Assembly: GCF_009914755.1 (NCBI RefSeq)
Contig: NC_060939.1
DNA length: 64,000 nucleotides
From: the human T2T-CHM13v2.0 reference genome, Homo sapiens
Reading direction: 5' to 3' (one strand)
The position numbers were made by a program, and so were the translations under genes. Below, in pieces: positions 27,000 to 42,335 of this stretch. The notes beneath the pieces were generated by a model, which made no database searches, had not been told where the DNA came from, and saw only the letters and a program-made list of their open reading frames with translations. Positions within the stretch are counted from its first letter, which is position 1; each line of letters opens with the position of its first letter.

Positions 27000-27360
27000 G
27001 ATATGGGAGGTAAAAAATTTGATCTCATGGAGGTAGAGAATAAAATGATAGTTACCAGAGACTGGAAAGGGTTGGTGGGAGCTGGGGGTGAGGAATAAGT
27101 AGAGATTGGTTAATTGGTACAAACATATAATTAGATGGAATTCAATAATATTCAATAGCACATTAGGATGACTATAGTTAATAATTTATTGTATATTTCA
27201 AAATAGCTAGATTTGGAATGTTCTGAACACAAAGAAAAATGTTTGAGATGATGGATATCTTAAATATCCTGATTTGATCATTACACACATTGTATGCATG
27301 TATCAAAATATCACATATACTCCATAAACAGGTACAAATATTATGTGTCAATTTTAGAAA
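27000..27360 (+). mobile_element. L1MA-type 3' end
   Basis: gatctcatggaggtagagaataaaatgatagttaccagag...ttgatcattacacacattgtatgcatgtatcaaaa. Confidence 0.8.
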
Positions 27361-27383
27361 GTGCCAAGCACCAAGTTAGGCAT

Positions 27384-27712
<329 letters not shown>

Positions 27713-28129
27713 TAGGCACTTTAAATAAAAAAGTGTTCGTTATTTTTTCTCCAAGTGTTGCTATCTCCCCATTATCTCTCTTCTATTCTGCAAATGCAGT
27801 CCTATGTTAAACTTGTGTATTATATATACTATTATATATAAATATAAATAGCATTGTATTCTTTATTTTCCATCTTCTTGTTTCTGAGTTGGTTTGAAAA
27901 TATTTTTCTTTTTTAGTTGTCTCTTCAAATGTAGCTAATATAATAAACCATTTATTGATTTCTTAATATCAGATATTATATTTTTTCAGTTGTAGAATTT
28001 GTATTTCTTCTGCCTTATGGGGGCAAAAAAAGAATTTTTATTTGGTTCTTTTTTATAGTTTTCAACTCCTTGCCAAATTTTTAAATCTGGCCTTTTATTT
28101 CATTGAACATAGTGGATGATTTTTTTAAA

Positions 28130-29040
28130 TTGCTACTGAACAATATAAAAAAAGACCTGTACAGATGAAAAGACGTACCATGCTCTCTCATGGAGTAAGA
28201 TTTAACATCATGAAATAATGGTTTTCCCCTAAGTTAACCCGAAAATTTAACATAATCCCAGTGGAAAAATCAACAGGTTTTTGGGTGTTCTATTTTGGAA
28301 TTCAGTGCCAACTTTTAAAGTTCTTAGGAAAAATAAACCAGAATAAAGAAGAAAATTTTGTAAGAGTAACGAGAAGGTTCTGTTCCTACCCAGAAGTATT
28401 AAAATGTATCCTGAAGCTCGAATAATTAGAACAATGAGGTAGATACTGGTGTACAAAGAGACAAACAAAAGGAGCAAATAAATTTAAACATGTACAGAAA
28501 TTTAGCATATAATAAAGATAGCATCTCAGATCAGAAAGAAAAAGATGGACTATTTAATAAATTGTCCTAGAACAAGGTATAGCCATCTGGAAAGAAAAAT
28601 AAGTTGTATCTATCTTTCACATCGTGCACTTAGATAAATTCCAGAAAAGTCAGATCTAAATGTGAAAAATGGAAGCATAAAATTACAGGAAACCATCACC
28701 ACCATCAGGTTAACTGATGGCTTCATGGGTGTGTACACATGTCCAAACTCATCAAATAGTAGTAAATATATGCTATTTTTGTATATCAATTATGCATCAA
28801 TAGAGCTGTTTTTAAAAGATGAAAATTAAATTAAGAAAATTAGAAGATTCCCTGGACAACCTCAGAGTAAAGAATACATTTATAACTATGGTTCAATGCC
28901 AGAAACCATAAATCCAATCACATTTTTTTAAAACCATAAGAAAAATCAAGATAAATGACAAACTGAGAAAATATATTTGCAACATATTTGCACAATGGGC
29001 AAATTTGTCTAATCTATGAAGAATTTCACATCAAGAAGAA
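28130..29040 (+). mobile_element. Old L1 (L1M/L1ME) ORF2/3' remnants
   Basis: A-rich, degenerate L1 motifs (aagatggactatttaataaattg, gaaaatatatttgcaacatat). Confidence 0.55.
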
Positions 29041-29044
29041 AAGA

Positions 29045-29532
<488 letters not shown>

Positions 29533-30394
29533 TCAGTTCCCTAGCAGTGTACATTTCAGTTGTTTCCAGTCTTTTGCTATTACAAACATTTCTACAAAAA
29601 ATTGCTTTGCACACATGAGTAAGGATATCCTGAAGTGGAACAGCTGGATCAAAAGGCATGTATATTTGCAGCTTTTATAGGAATTTTCAGGTGCACACCA
29701 TTCCTCAACATATATTTAAGAATGTTAACTATGTCCTGAGCACTATGCCTTGCAATTTTCATGCACACTATTTGATTCAGTCTTTACAACAACCTGGTGA
29801 AAGCCATTTTCTACTTCATCTTCGAGAAACTGAGTCTCAAGGAAATTAAACACTTGGCTAAAATTACAGAAGATAATTACTGAAGAAGCCAGGATTTGAA
29901 CCTAAGGCTATCGGATCCAATACCCATGTTCTTTCCACCACACCAAGCTGCCTCTCTCAACTTTGCTATTATTGACTCTTAAGATGCCAGATATGTAGGA
30001 TCAGGGGGCTAGTGGAATTCTAATTTTTGGAGGCTGTGCTAAATGCTCCCAAACACTTTACTAAATATCATGTGCAATAATCCACTTAATCCTTTAAAAT
30101 ATAATTCAAAATACACAACTATAAAATATCAGAAGTTAGAGCAAGAATTAAAAACAAGTTAGGTAGCATATTACAGCTTTTAGAAATGCTAAAAGTGAAA
30201 ATCAAATCTTTATCTCACTAATTATCTGGAAAGCATACATTCTAAAAAGGAGGAAGTACTGAACTAAAAAACAGAAGGATCAACTCGCAAATTAAAATTT
30301 CATTCCACCTTTAATTACAGGCACCCTGGGTGTCAGACTTATATAAAACTTCTTAGACTTCTCCCTCAGCTTGACATTAAGAATTGCACATAGA

Positions 30395-30705
<311 letters not shown>

Positions 30706-30769
30706 GAATTGCACATAGAGGCATTCACTAAATATGTGCTAATTCAGACAATAAAAAGTTTTTAAAAAA

Positions 30770-32030
30770 ATACAGTGGGAGAAGATATTTACAATTCACA
30801 CAACTAGCAAAATATTAGTTTCCAGAAAAACATTAAACTTCAATAAATCAGTAAGAAAAACTACACCCCCAAAATGGCCATGAACTGGCAATTCACAGAA
30901 TAAACTTTAATGGATAAGAAATGAGGGAAAAAATGTTTGACCTCACTAGTAATTAGTGAAATGCAAATAATGAGAAACAATTTCATACCCACATGGGTTG
31001 ACAAAAAAAAATTTTTTTTTTCTTTGAGACGGAGTTTTGCTCTTGTTGCCAAGGCTGGAGTGCAATGGCATGTTCTTGGCTCACCGCAACCTCCGTCTCC
31101 TGGGTTCAAGTGATACTCCTGCCTCAGCCTCCTGAGTAGCTGGGATTACAGGCATGCACGACCATGCCCAACTAATTTTGTATTTTTAGTAGAGACGGGG
31201 TTTCTCCATGTTGGTCAGGCTGGTCTCGAACTCCTGACTTCAGGTGATCCACCTGCCTCAGCCTCCCAAAGTACTAGGATTACAGGCATGAACCACCGGG
31301 CCAGGCCAACGACAAAAATGTTAAAAATGTGACATTAGGTGTTGGTGAGATGTGGTGAGATGAAAATTATCATTATTCACTCATTATACTTTAGAAAGCA
31401 ATTTGACAATATCTAGAAAGGTTGACTACTGTAGACCTAACAATTTCATTACTAGGTACATGCCTCTGGGAAACTTAGCATATGCTATGTGGAGATAATA
31501 TACAAGGATGTTCATTATAGCACTATTCACAATAGCAAGAAATTGGAAGTGATATTTCTATAAGAGAAAAATGACAAATTAGGATACATTTTTATTTAAT
31601 TTTATATAACAATCAAAATGAATGACTTAGCTGTTCAAGTATAAATATGAATATCTAATATACTATTTAACTGAAAAAATCAATATGTAGAATGTTACTT
31701 ATATAGTACAATAGCCTTAATAAAGTTTAAGAACCACACAAAACTCTACCATATATTTCTGAAATCCAGTCTATAATAAAAGCATAATGTAAAAATGTAG
31801 ATAGAAACATCTCACACCTAGGATAGTGGTTGATATTGGTTACCTTTTAGGAGAGAGGAAGGGAATGGGTTATGGGAAGAAAACAAAAGAACTTAAACTA
31901 CATCTGTAACATTCTGATTCTTAAAAGAATTAAAGCAAAGAAGGCCACTTAGGATGTATTAAATTTGGGTGGTAGGTACATGGATGTTATATTATTCTCT
32001 GTGATCTTTCATGAAAACTTCAAAACATAG
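30770..32030 (+). mobile_element. L1ME-type 3' region interrupted by an Alu
   Basis: tacaaggatgttcattatagcactattcacaatagcaagaaattggaa and related motifs. Confidence 0.6.
31012..31307 (-). mobile_element. AluSp-like element
   Basis: Antisense dimer with Sp diagnostics. Confidence 0.9.
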
Positions 32031-32353
32031 TAAATGAATGCAATTTAAACAATTCTTAAGAGTCATGATGAAGACGGTAAGTCTAGAATAATGAAAAATA
32101 GTAACGCAAAAACAAATGCTCTACTGACTGTTAACTGGCACACAAAAATATGTAGGAAAATTGTTTGCTTATAGAAAAAGCAGGAAGACATTTAAATAAT
32201 CCATACAATTCAAAATTATAAACCATGTAATCAATCAGTAGTAAGATTGGAACTGTATTCGATAATATTACATATTTACAGATGTGAAAAACATTACATG
32301 TCAACCATGCACATGAGATCAAAACTATCCAAATTAAAAACTGAGGAAGCTAG

Positions 32354-32749
<396 letters not shown>

Positions 32750-33643
32750 TTACAATATTTATCTGAAAATAAAGAGCCCCTAGAAATTGTATCCAAATTA
32801 TGTTCAAAATTTGACTGTCATTGAAGTGAAAAAATTTAAAAGAGCTCAGTGTATCAAGAGGATCAAGACTATGTATCTGTGTATCTATATATTTGGAAAA
32901 TAGTTTTAATAAGTTACACAAATATTGATATCAAAATTTTGATTTGGAACCAGAAGCGTATTTCCAATGATGATAGTATGTTTTCCATCGTAGGTTACGC
33001 AGAATAATCTGAGAATGAATATGGAGAGCTTACGTCAAACTGAGTCCATGTGCATCAGGTTTTCTCAACTAACAGAGGAAGCAAATAGCAGACATCATTC
33101 AAAACTACAACAGACTAGTTATCTATAATGAAATCCAAGCACGGTAAATATTATTTGATGAAATAACAAATCTATTAGTTAGTCCATTCCTAAGTTGATC
33201 TGACATAATGGAGGAGTTATTTATTCAATAGAAACCAGGTGAATGGAAAATATTTTTTTCTATTTGCTATATAAGCCTGAGTGCTAATGCCTTGGGAACC
33301 CATCCATATGGACATTAAGGTTCCTTTGTGATTTTATCTGAAAAGGCTTTTCTTCTTGCTCTATTTTATTCTGAGTCAGTTCTCAAGGTCTTTCAGGTAT
33401 TAAAGCACAAATAAACTTTATAGACTTTACCAGGAAAAACTTTGTTATAGAGTAGTATGGAAAAAATCAGTAACACCAGAATAAGGTACTCATAAACATT
33501 TCTATCAACTCATCAATTCCTGTTATGAGCAAGGGTTTCTTCTAATTTTCAATAACATCATAAATGATCACGTTGAAGACATATATACTGGTGTAGACAT
33601 TCATCAGTCACGTTTTGGACAAAGATATTTGTAAGCAGATCTT

Positions 33644-33649
33644 TTTATT
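33644..33649 (-). terminator. GABPB1: GABPB1 distal poly(A) signal AATAAA (~3.2 kb 3'UTR)
   Basis: tttatt on plus near the end of the Alu-free stretch downstream of exon 9. Confidence 0.55.
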
Positions 33650-33660
33650 ACAAACAAGTA

Positions 33661-33812
33661 CAGATGCTCTCTGGCTTGCAATGGGGTTATGTCCTGATAA
33701 ACCCATCCTAAGTCAAAAATATCATAAATGTAAAATGCAATTAATACCCTGATAAACCCATTGTAAAGTCAAACAATCATAAATCAAAGCATCATAAATT
33801 GGGGACCATCTG
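33661..33812. mobile_element. MER47-like TcMar-Tigger MITE
   Basis: Terminal inverted repeats cagatgctc.../...ggaccatctg, TA at the left edge, internal repeat cctgataaacccat. Confidence 0.7.
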
Positions 33813-35445
33813 TGTAGTTTTCATTACATGAGATTTCCCATTTATCCTCTTTTCTCTCTAATTGTCTTCCCAACCCTCCACCACCATAAAGAAATAGAGC
33901 AATCCAGTGACAGAGTAAAAGAACTCTTCTGCCATTCATATCACAAAAGATTGATGTTAAGAAAATAATTCCTAAAAGCCAACGAAAACAAATGACATCA
34001 CAAGTCCTTTTGTGAAGTAATTAAGATATAAATAAAATAAATAACAATAAATGAAAATTAGTTGAGAAGCACAGTCCCTGCAGATACTACTTCTCAGATG
34101 AGGCTTTCTGAAAGCATCACAGATTCAGTCTAGAATTTATAATTCTAGAGGTCCAGGGACTATACAGAGGGAAGTGTTAAATCTGAATAAAGTAATTGGG
34201 CAGTCAAGATGCCTAACGAACTCAGTGTCTGGATAGTACGTAACAAGAACGATTCTAGGTGCACAGGAAAGAAAATAATTCATTACACCATAACACTAAA
34301 TGGCTTGTCTTGCAGAACCCTGGTTGAGAAAGGTTGCTCCAGGTGTTTGTTCACACATATGTGGAAACAATTAACCAGTGATGTGGCAACCAGATGACTG
34401 CTAACTACAAATCCATCACTATGTAGTGGAAACAATTATGTGGATTTCTGAAAACTTTTATTTCATATACTTTTATTTTTGTCAGTTCTTTAAATCCTCT
34501 GTTCAGAGCACTATTGAGAATGACTAGAATGCAAAGCTTTTACAGCCCACCTGAAAACAGCATGAAATAAGTGAAGGGAAGAAGACACCCATTTTAAGTT
34601 TTAATTACAAATTCTTGTCTAAGTAGTGATTTTACAGAACAGTAAATCAGATGTAAATGATTGAGAAATTATGTTATGGAACAATGACTCTGAAAAAGGT
34701 GAGCTTCCTCCACAGATACCTGAGTACCTGATGCTATCATAGACTTACTCCTTTTAAGCACCAATTATTTTCTCCCATCTATGCCAGCTGTTGTTATTAG
34801 GAATCAAAATTATTTCTTGCACCAGGTAAAGTCTCCAGCAGGAGAGGAGACTGGAAGTCAAAGACGACATTAAGTTAGCTTTCACAAACTTGTTCCCAAC
34901 ACTGTCTTGAGTCTTTTCAGGGCCAGCCTGGTCTGAAAGCAAAACTCTACAGTGATTGCCCTCTGGGGTGAAGACACTGGCCCTTCTCTGCTCCAGCACC
35001 ACGTCAGGGTACCTGGCTGTGGTACCAGCACCCTGCCTAACATGACAAATTAATGTACCGAAGTAACCAGAAACGACATTCTCTATTGACTTTTCAGGAC
35101 TGCAGAAAAAGTCACTTCATGCTATTGAAAATATGGCCTGGCATTTTTAAAAACTAGTTTTTGGATCACTTAAAATATGTCAAATTTAGTGGAAAATTGA
35201 AAAAGATCTTTTTCCTCTTCCTTACAGAGTTCTTCAATTTGCCCTAAACTCTTTTTTAAGTGCTTCCAATAGTAACCATCAGGCTGACAGACCATAGACC
35301 CCTTTATTACATTAACAAATATACTGGTAATTCCAGTGAAAGAGTTAACAAATTCTCAAGAGTTACCTCAGGAATTTTAAAGTCATGTGGTGGAGAGTAT
35401 AAAATATTTTCATATGGTGGCTCAAATATGCAGTAGGATAACATT

Positions 35446-35451
35446 TTTAAT
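35446..35451 (-). terminator. GABPB1: GABPB1 proximal poly(A) signal ATTAAA (long isoform)
   Basis: tttaat on plus, 1.4 kb after the stop in repeat-free AU-rich sequence. Confidence 0.5.
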
Positions 35452-36868
35452 GTGTTAATAAGATGTGATAAAAACATAAGTCTACAATGAACATATGTGA
35501 AAAAGATATTTAATTGCAAAATAGAAAAGTAGGCCAGAGTACAGTTTTAAGGGTAATTGCTTTTTTATACAGTATAGATAACCTAGAGGGATTTCAGGGT
35601 TAAACAGTTCATAAAGCAATAAAACACTGAAAAATAAAGCAAGAAAAAGGGGTTTGAAGTAATATTTTACCAAAAAAAAAAAAGAAAAAGTGAACAGTCT
35701 GCCAGTGTTTAATGTCCATACATTGTGGAATTCAACAATATTGTGATGAGAGCAAGTCATAGCACAGACACTGAGCTTTCAAAAGGAAAAGTAGAAGTTA
35801 CATTAGACATGTCTATTGCATCACTGTAATACAAAAAGTTCCTGTTCTACATACAAAAGCAATTTTTTTCCGTAAGAATCATTTCCTGGGGAGAAATAAG
35901 TCCATAAAATATTTCAGAAACCCATATGCATTGGGTTTTCCAAAAACATTATCTTAAAATCAGTGCCTTAAAGTGCTTTCATGTGGAAATCATGATGGAA
36001 GGCACAGAATACAGTTTCACGTCCCCACTCTTAAATTTTCAAAAAAGCACAGATTTTGCAGAATTGGCAAATTCAGGTTATCTTGTAGGCTGCTCCTTCC
36101 GAGAACACTGTCATTCCAATAAAACCAGCTGCCAGCTTACTTCGTTTCAATGACCTACAGAGTAAAGGGGTTTTGTTTTTGTTTTTTTCTGGTCACTTTC
36201 ATCATTTCTGTGGGAGAAATACCTATGTAAGTGATGCATTTTGAAATTATAAAACATGCAGAATATGTACAAACAGAAATTTTTAAAAATATTTGCTTCA
36301 TATACATGTAAATCTACTTGGGTATAGCTGAAATTGAACAAATATAAAAATTTTGCTTTCTAAAAAATGTTTTCAGAGAATCTGACACAACTTAAAGCTG
36401 TACAAAGATTTCCTGGGAGAAATCTTCTCTTCATACAGAGGTTTATACCTACAGGAGTAATTCCAGCATCAGTCCACCATAATTATTACACAACATTTGG
36501 CCTAACCAACAACGATCACCCTTAAAACTGTTCCGTTTCTGAGAAATTAAGGTTTGTACTAAAATCAAAAAGAATTCACAAAAACAGTGGCTTATTCTGG
36601 TTTTGGATCTCTTCAACAATCTTTATCAACTCATTTGGAACTGTAAAAAAAAAAAAACTATTTACAGAATTCAGTTTTAAATACATTTCACAACTTCTAA
36701 AGTAAAGTTTTATGTTACAAGAACTCAGAGCTCATGGCTTAAGTCCAATTATCCATCTGTAGTCTCTTCTATCATTCTGTATTCCCATGGCTGTACCTTT
36801 GTTGTGTACAGTTCAAGATTGTATTCTTTCTTGACCAAAAGTAAAATCAAACTACATGTTCATTTCAA

Positions 36869-37021
36869 TTAAACAGCTTCTTTATTAGTCTGAAGACGAG
36901 TCATAGCTTCCAACTTCTGTCTGTAGGCCTCTGCTTCCTGTTCTTTCTTTAGGAGCTGCTGTCGATATTTTTGTGCTTCTCGATTTGCTTCATCCAGCTG
37001 TTTCTGAAGAGCTTCTCTCTC
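36869..37021 (-). CDS. GABPB1: GABPB1 exon 9 coding part, leucine-zipper/coiled coil of beta1L ([13 protein letters not shown]...QTNKEAV*)
   Basis: Translated by hand. ttag| acceptor, 50 codons + TAA. With the 36 recalled upstream residues the total is 395 aa. Confidence 0.95.
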   Translation of the reverse strand, partial: EREALQKQLDEANREAQKYRQQLLKKEQEAEAYRQKLEAMTRLQTNKEAV

Positions 37022-38706
37022 CTAATTAAAAGAAGAGGGTTTTTTTTTTTAATTTTTGCAAAAATACATTATTAATACATATAAGCATGCATCCTTCAAA
37101 TTAAAAAAAAAAACCGTAGTAGCTAAAAGCAGCCACCTATTGAAATTTCCTAGACATCTTGCCTTTTCAATCAATTCACTAACATTTAAGTCCCTAATTT
37201 TGTGCTCCACATTATGAGATATGGATTAATTTCTGACTGCAAGGAAATTATTTTCCTATTTAGAAATAAGACTAACAGAAAGACTCCAAACTGGGCACCT
37301 GTACTTTTATATGTACTACAAAAACTAGTGAAGAGTTTTTAAGAGGGAAATATACAACCATACCTCTTTATATTTCCATTTGTGGTGCTCTTACCAAAAG
37401 GTAATAATTATAAAACAATTTTACTGAGCACCCACTATATGAGTAAACAGGGTGATTTCCAACAATAAGCATCTAAGACAGATACTATGCACAAGTTAAA
37501 GATGAGAAAAATGATGCTCAGGGATGATGTAGCTCTCCCAAGGTCACATAGTAAGAAGTTGGATTTATAGGGTTCTAACATTACTGCTTTTAAAACTATT
37601 TTCATTTACAATAGCAAGCAAGATAATTCACCTTTAAAATGAAGAGTGCTGATCAAGATCAGTATTTCCTAAATTATACTATTTCATAAACCAATAAAAT
37701 ACTAAATTATCAATGATTAATTATATAGGTATAAAATATATGCATTAAATTCCTCAACAAATTGAGAGCTGAAACACAAATCCAATCCAATGAAAACGGT
37801 ATTGTTTCTCCTCTTCCTCCTCACTCTGCCCCATTCAGTTATTGCAGGAAAAACAAGGAGAAACATTTCAACGAACCCATTCCCACACCTCTAAGTGAGC
37901 ACAAGGACAAAAGCTCAACCTCCACAGACCAAAGCTCAAGGGTAGTTTCCAGGTCTTAGGAATGAGGCAACCTCATCACAGATGCCCAGGACCTCTGAGT
38001 GGGGTGAAGGCCAGGGGTCGGACTATCACAAGAATGATAGGTCCACAGTGGACAAGACACTTGGCCAGAGAGAACTAAAGGTAAGTGGTTGGCCGACCAC
38101 TGGGGAGGCACAGTATGAGATTCTCTTTCTATATATCCTATTATGTATATCCTCTGCCTCCTTGACTCCTGCCCATTGTGAACACCAAAGGATTCCTCAC
38201 CTTCTCTATTCATATGGTTGGTCCACAAGCAGGAGCATGTATAATCCTCCTGCCTTTCTGTGATTCCACTTCCTTCCCCACAATGGGAATGAAGCTAGAT
38301 CCAACATTTCTTTTTCTCATGGGCCCACCAGATGTGGGAGTGATTCATTTGGAGACAAAAGATCTCCAAATCTTCCAATTACACAAAATGTACAAGTAGA
38401 AGAAAGGAATGTCCCTTACTCCCAGTTTAAGCAATGCTCAGGCCCTATCCTGCTGCCTCCCAACACTTCTTCTCCCCTCCTCTTATCCTAAATCCAGCCA
38501 AGATAGGAACAAGTCAAAAAAGACAACCTAGGATGAGTCCAAGGTAAGCAATCAATGCCAGTACCCTGGCTACAAACTGTGCAGGACTTTAAGGACACCA
38601 ATGGAAGGGGTGAGGGGTGGAAGGTTGGATGTTACTTCCCGGGAGCTAGACCACAGCTCTGGCAGGAGTGTCCACAGCCATGCACGTGTTTTAAAATTTT
38701 ACGTGT

Positions 38707-39089
<383 letters not shown>

Positions 39090-39443
39090 TTAGCAGGAAA
39101 TATTGGAAGAGGTTAACTCTAAAGCATCTTCTAGTATTACCTATTTATTAACATTTAGAGTCAGGAAAGGATTCACAATTATTGCAGAAGATGAAAGCAA
39201 ACCGAGTGAGGTAGTCTAACAGTGAAAAGAACCTAATCCTATTTTCCATACTGCATATTTTAACTTCAAGAAGTACAATTTATCTTGATAAAAATGAAAA
39301 GACAGTTTCCTTCTGCCTACCAGGTGAAATAAAAAACTCATTTTCACAGCATTTTTTGGCTAATTCTATAAAACCTAGAAGACAAAGATCATTAGCACTG
39401 CATGCTGAATACATTTAATCTTTAAGATTGAAAGTATAATTAA

Positions 39444-39747
<304 letters not shown>

Positions 39748-39819
39748 TAAATGTTTTTTAAAAGAGAGAAACTGGGCAGGATATGTGAGCTATTTGCTTG
39801 TGTGTAAACATCAATTTTC

Positions 39820-40030
39820 TAACTGCCCTGAGCCAAATATGACAAGTATGATTTTGTTTTTATAAATAAAGTTTTATTGAAATACAGCCACACCCACCCA
39901 TTTTCAAATTGTCTATGGCTGCTTTCACTACAATGGCAGAATTGAGTAGTTGACAGACTGTAGGGCCCACAAAGCCAAAAATATTTGGTACCTGGCCATT
40001 TATGAAAAAAAACTTTGCCTTCTCCAGCCT
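39820..40030 (+). mobile_element. MER58A-like MITE
   Basis: aaataaagttttattgaaatacagccacaccc...ggcccacaaagccaaaaatattt. Confidence 0.75.
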
Positions 40031-40055
40031 TAGAAAAAAGAGATATAGACTGGGT

Positions 40056-40480
40056 GCTGGGCATGCAGTGGCTCATGCCTGTAATCCTAGTATTTTGGAA
40101 GGCCAAGGCAGGTGGATTGCTTGAGCCTAGGAGTGAGAGACTAGCCTGGGCAACAGGGCAAAACCTCATCTCAAAATCCTGACCTCAAGTGATCCTCCCA
40201 CTTCAGTCTCCCAAAGTGCTGGGATTACAGGCATGAATTACCATGCCCAGCCACAAAACCTTATCTCTACAAAAAAATACAAAAATTGGCTGGGCATGGT
40301 GGTGTAGCCTGTAGTCCCAGCTACTCAAGAGGCTGTGAGGTGGGAGGATTGCTTGAGCCCAGGGAGGTCAAGGCTGCAGTGAACTGTGATTGCACCACTG
40401 CACTCCAGCCTAGGCAACACAGTGAGACCCTGTCTCAAAAAATAAATAAATAAATACAAACATACATACATACATAAAAA
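40056..40480 (+). mobile_element. AluJ-like element carrying a nested antisense Alu 5' fragment (40173-40253)
   Basis: Left arm, inverted insert flanked by a 14-bp duplication, then right arm. Confidence 0.88.
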
Positions 40481-40512
40481 CACTAATTTAAAAAAAGAGA
40501 GAGAAGAGATAT

Positions 40513-40844
<332 letters not shown>

Positions 40845-41026
40845 CTATAAACATTTTTAAATTGTGGCAGATCAGGAAAGATAGCCATAAAAAAAAAAGA
40901 TTGAAAAGCTTTGCATCAAATAAAACATTTTATAAAGTTTACAGAAATCAGTTTTTAAGAGAGCACTAAGGATCTCAAATCTACCACCAGTTAAGGACAC
41001 AAATATTTCATAAAAATAAAATTTAC

Positions 41027-41320
41027 AGCCGTGCGCAGTGGCTCATGCCTATAATCCCAGCACTCTGGGGGGCTGAAGCGGATGGATCACCTGAGGTCAG
41101 GAGTTCGAGATCAGCCTGGCCAACCCGGTAAAACCCCGTCTCTACCAAAAATACAAGAATTACCCAGGCATGGTGATGCATGCCTGTAATCCCAGCTACT
41201 TAGGAGACTGAGGCAGGAGAATCACTTGAACCTAGGAGGCGGAGGTTGCAGTGAGCTGAGATCGCAGCACTGCATTCCAGCCTGAGCAACAGGGACTCTA
41301 TCTAAAAAAATAAAATAAAA
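41027..41320 (+). mobile_element. AluS, TSD aaaataaaatttac
   Basis: Dimer with flanking direct repeats. Confidence 0.9.
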
Positions 41321-41735
41321 TTTACTAATAAACATTTATCTCTAACCTCCATGGCAAAGAAAACATAAAGGTATTTCCTGAAGTCACACAATAAAGTAAG
41401 TAATAGAAATCTGTTACTCCTAATACACTAAATACATTTCTTACACATGTACAAAGATTAATTTCAATTCAGAATAGTCTAACGTTTATTTTTGGAAATC
41501 TGTAAATAACACTCTTCCTCCAAAAATATCTTCAATGCGGTAATAAATGGAAGATAAAATTATATACATTATTGCAATTTGGTATTTTATTCATACCTTT
41601 CCCTCCAAAAAAAAAAACCTATTTTATTTCCTATATTGCCATATGCAGATGTAAAGCCCCACAAAATTTACAATACACTTTCTACAATTTAAAGTAATTT
41701 TTCCAGAGACTCTTGGCAAACCTCTCCATTGTTAG

Positions 41736-42150
<415 letters not shown>

Positions 42151-42174
42151 TAGAGTTAATTTTTAAATTTCTTT

Positions 42175-42335
42175 AAGTTTCTCAATCTCAGCATCACTGA
42201 TATTTTTGGGCCACACAGTTCTTTATTGTGGGAGGCTGTCTTGTGCATCGTAGGATGTCTACCCAGCCTCTACCCATTACATGTCAGTGGAATGCCACTA
42301 GTCATGACAACCAAATATATCTCCTGACGCTGCTT
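42175..42335. mobile_element. MER20-like hAT-Charlie MITE
   Basis: ggctgtcttgtgcatcgtaggatg...tgacaaccaaatatatctcc. Confidence 0.7.

Noticed and set aside
32967-33043. C/D box snoRNA-like pattern (ATGATGA...CTGA...CTGA)
   Set aside because: No terminal stem, no plus-strand host gene evident, and no rRNA/snRNA guide that I recognise.
36881-36886. AATAAA within GABPB1 exon 9
   Set aside because: It is the Asn-Lys codon pair just before the stop. Nothing in the sequence supports its use as a poly(A) signal.
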